Source: an uncultured Gemmatimonadaceae bacterium (GTDB lineage: Bacteria > Gemmatimonadota > Gemmatimonadetes > Gemmatimonadales > Gemmatimonadaceae). From it: a stretch of DNA of 64,000 nucleotides. Of this stretch, positions 60,698-64,000 are shown piece after piece. Under the pieces are notes generated by a model that was given only the letters and a program-made list of their open reading frames with translations, had not been told where the DNA came from and did not search any database. Position 1 is the stretch's first letter; each line of letters starts with the position of its first letter. The stretch spans positions 32,001-96,000 of the forward strand of contig CAWAGQ010000002.1 of the NCBI GenBank assembly GCA_963781585.1, read 5' to 3'. The position numbers and the translations under genes are program-made.

Positions 60698-60877
60698 TCA
60701 GAGCGCGGCGCGCACGGAGACCAGGAGGAAGAGCGCCGCGGCTACGACCGCCGTCCCAAGCAGGACCAGAACCAGTCCCAACCGGCCTGAGCCGGTTGCT
60801 TTCGGCACCTGCGTTTCGGCGGCAAACTCCTTTTGCCAGAGAGGGTGTCGGTGTACTTCGAGGTGACTGATCGTCAT
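60698..60877 (-). CDS. Small membrane protein
   Basis: 59 aa with a C-terminal hydrophobic helix. Confidence 0.45.
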   Translation of the reverse strand: MTISHLEVHRHPLWQKEFAAETQVPKATGSGRLGLVLVLLGTAVVAAALFLLVSVRAAL

Positions 60878-61174
60878 GTGCCTTACGCCGTCAGGGAGCA
60901 ACCAGGGCGGGGTGACAGTCGCCCGCGGCTGTCTTGGAGCAAGCCCCGGACCGTGACGGTTTCCAGCTCTGCCCGGTCACGGAGTGGCACTCACACCGGC
61001 AGGATCGTGGCTGAGGGAACACAGTTGTGGCAGACGTGGGACAACACGAGGGTGAGCCTGGACCAATGAGGGGCAGCGACTCCGGCTGCGGCGCGAGTGT
61101 CGGCGCGGACGTCGTCGCCAGTGTCTGAGCCGACGTCGATTGGGTCGCCAGTGCCGCCCTGCCTGACGCGGGTG

Positions 61175-63284
61175 CTAGAAGCGAACGATCTCCTGATACG
61201 CCGCCACGAAAGTCGTCGACCTGGGGCAGAATCGCGTCCTCCAGCCTGGGCGCGTAGCCGACGAATGTGTCCGCCGACCCGATTCGACGCACCGGGGCGT
61301 CGAGCCAGGGGAAGCACTCGTTCGCGATCCGGCTCGCGATCTCCGATCCGTATCCCCACGACAGTGAATCTTCGTACGCCACGATCACCCGGTTGGTCTT
61401 CTTGACGGAAGCAAACACCGTCTCGCGGTCCCAGGGCGAGAGCGATCGCAGATCGATTACCTCCACCGAGATGCCCTCGTCGGCTACCTTGTTGGCGGCC
61501 GTGAATGCGCGGTGCACGGTGGCGCCGTAGGTCACCAGCGTCACATCCGTCCCTTCGCGCACCACTTTCGCCTTCCCGAACGGGATCATGAAATTCGGTC
61601 CGGGATACGCCGCCTTGTTGTAGGTCTGCCGGTACAGATGCTTGTGCTCGAGGAACATTACCGGGTCGTCGCACCGGATGGCGGTCCGCAGGAGTCCGTT
61701 TGCGTCGAGCGCCGTCGCCGGACAGATCACGCGCAGTCCGGGGCACTGGGTGAATAGCGAGGCGCCGGTCTGTGAATGGTAGATGGCACCGCGGATGTAG
61801 CCGCCGTAGGTCGTCCGCACGACCACCGGCGCGCTGAAGAAATTGTTGGATCGCCAGCGCATCGTGGCCAGCTCGTTGCGGAGCTGCATGTACGCCGGCC
61901 AGATGTAGTCGAAGAACTGAATCTCCACCACCGGCTTGAACCCACGCAGCGCGAGGCCGACCGCGCGCCCGACGATGTTCGCCTCGGCCAGCGGCGAGTT
62001 GTACACGCGATCGGCGCCGAATTCCTTCTGCAAGCCCCACGTCACCTTGAACACCCCGCCTTTCCCCTTGACCTTGCCGAGGTACTGGTCGCGCGACACG
62101 TCGGCCACATCCTGCCCGAAGACGATGATCCTTCCGTCCCGCCGCATCTCGTCGCGCATGCAGGAATTCAGCAGGTCCACCATCGTCGTCTCGTTCCCCG
62201 AGAACTGGGGATCGTCTTCGGTATCGAATTGCTCGCTGGTGGGATCGACGTCCGGGGAATAGACCCCGACGTACACCGATGCCGGCTCCGGCTGTTCCCT
62301 GCCTAACGCGTCGTCGGTCGCGGCCTGCACCACGCCCTCCACATCGCCGCGGATGCGCTCCAGGTCCGCCTCCGATGCGTGCCCCTCCTTCAGCAGCCAC
62401 GCGGGGTAGGTCGTCACCGGGTCGCGCGCCGCGTCGGCACTCCGCTCCTCCGGCGGCCGATAGAGCACCTCGTCGTCGGACAGCGAATGGGAGTAGGGAC
62501 GGATCACGTGCGCGTGCACCAGCGCCGGACCCTGTCCGCTCCGCACGTACTGCACCGCGTCCGCCATCACCGCGTGGCTGGCGACGAAGTCGCAGCCGTC
62601 GACCTCCTGGATGAGCAGCCCCGGGAATCCCGCCACCAGCTTCGAGATCGAGCCCCCCGCGGTCTGCACCTCGACCGGAACGGAGATCGCGTACCCGTTG
62701 TCCTCGACGAGATACAGCACCGGGAGTTTGAGATTGCACGCGGTATTGAGCGATTCCCAGAACTCGCCCTCGCTCGTGGTGCCGTCACCCGCGGACACGT
62801 AGACGACCTCGTCCTCATGCGCCCCGATGTCGAGCCCGAGTCGCCGGGCGCGCATGATGCCCTCCGCGCATCCCACCGCGTGCAGGAACTGCGTCCCCGT
62901 CGGCGACGACGACGACACGATGTTCAGCGCCTTGTGCCCCCAGTGGCTCGGCATCTGCCGCCCACCGGAATTCGGATCGATCGCAGCGCCCACGGCGGAA
63001 TACAGCATCTCTTCCGGCTTCATCCCGAGCTCCAGACAGAGCGCCCGGTCCCGGTAATACGGGAAGAACCAGTCGTACGACGGTCGGAGGAGCATCCCGG
63101 CCGCCGTCAGCACGGCCTCGTGTCCGGCGCCGGAAATCTGAAACCAGATCCGGTTCTGTCGCTTGAGCTGGATCTCCTTGTCGTCCAGGCGGCGCGACAG
63201 GAGCATCGTGCGGTACGCGGACAACAGCTGGTCGCGGCTCAGGTCGGTGGCGGTGGGTCGCTGGGCTTTGAGTCTTGTCGGCAT
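61175..63284 (-). CDS. 2-oxoacid (branched-chain-type) dehydrogenase E1, fused alpha+beta
   Basis: [16 protein letters not shown] (TPP motif), HSLSDD, SPLAEA, EIQFFDY, FLEHK. A frameshift near 61210 precedes the true end [10 protein letters not shown]. Confidence 0.92.
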
Positions 63285-63624
63285 GCGTGTCGATGCGTGA
63301 GTTGGGCGCGCACAGATGGGGAGGAAAATAGTGCGGGCGCGACCGCCGGACATCCGGGATTCCGCCGCTGCCCGGTCCGACAGACCGGCCGCACCGGCGC
63401 GGCGCTCCTAACAACCCGTACGGCATGGTGTTGCGTTGCCACCGCGCCTGCGGCGTTCTCGCCGCGCGCGCGCACTGAGGATCGGGACCTGAGAGCCGCC
63501 TGGCATCCGGGAGACCCGGTCCGCCGCGTCGTTCTCTCGAATCGCATGCCGCGCTCCTCTGCCGACGAATCCGGTGGCATCCGACATGCGCTATACTGAG
63601 AGGAATTCGTACCGGAGGAGCGAC

Positions 63625-64000
63625 ATGTCGGACGGCGTAGCGCACTGCATCTTCTGCGAGATCATCCGTGGCGGCGGCGAGGTCTCCATTTGCTACGAGG
63701 ATTCCGACGCCATCGCCTTCATGGACATTCAGCCGGTGAACCCGGGCCACGTCCTGGTGGTCCCGCGCGAGCATTACGAGTCACTGAACGACGTGCCGCC
63801 GGCCCTGGCCATGCACCTGTTCGAGGTCGCGCTCAAGCTCGGACCGATCATCCGCCGCGTCGGGAATTCCGATGACCTCAACGTGGTGGTCAGCAGCGGC
63901 GAGGCAGCGGGCCAGAACGTCTTCCACTACCACGTCCACGTCATCCCGCGGAAGGCAAACGACGGGTTCGATATCCCGCTGCCGTTCGGCGGTTCGCGAA
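63625..64000 (+). CDS. HIT family protein (3' partial)
   Basis: GGAGG RBS; CIFCEII, PVNPGHVLVVP, AGQNVFHYHVHVIP. Confidence 0.92.
   Translation, partial: MSDGVAHCIFCEIIRGGGEVSICYEDSDAIAFMDIQPVNPGHVLVVPREHYESLNDVPPALAMHLFEVALKLGPIIRRVGNSDDLNVVVSSGEAAGQNVFHYHVHVIPRKANDGFDIPLPFGGSR

Noticed and set aside
60891..61174. C-terminal extension of the E1 protein
   Set aside because: Produced by a one-base frameshift near 61210; the natural end is the stop at 61175.

Overview
GC-rich bacterial DNA. The gene families suggest Gemmatimonadota (inference only). Many single-base frameshifts in otherwise intact genes suggest an unpolished long-read assembly. (1) 1-19.7 kb is an accessory region built from a duplicated module: barrel-less TonB-plug/carboxypeptidase-regulatory-like proteins, an AraC-like regulator, a conserved operator with tandem CCAGAAAGT repeats, then variable cargo. 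The cargo comprises Cys-rich secreted proteins, DsbA, 6-bladed beta-propellers and a tandem ATP-grasp ligase. Four toxin-antitoxin-type pairs are inserted in the second copy. (2) 20-29.3 kb: M14 peptidase, an outer-membrane barrel gene pair, proline dehydrogenase, rsgA, pdxH, an ECF sigma/zinc anti-sigma pair and a VapBC-like pair. (3) 29.3-43.6 kb: copper-resistance cluster (CsoR operator, copZ, cupredoxin, copA, csoR, Met/His-rich protein, CopCD, DUF2946-like leader, CusCBA-like efflux, DUF411). (4) 43.7-64 kb: OsmC, sulfurtransferase, ferredoxin, HTH-PTS IIA, a hydrogenase-4-like complex lacking NiFe ligands (Ehr), HNH, amidohydrolase, mycobacterial Sdh1-type succinate dehydrogenase, fused 2-oxoacid dehydrogenase E1 and HIT. 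Across the window, the octamer CGTTAGGC recurs at least 14 times, mostly inside genes via rare TTA codons, and degenerate 7-bp tandem repeats occupy several intergenic gaps. I saw no rRNA, tRNA, CRISPR, integrase or transposase.
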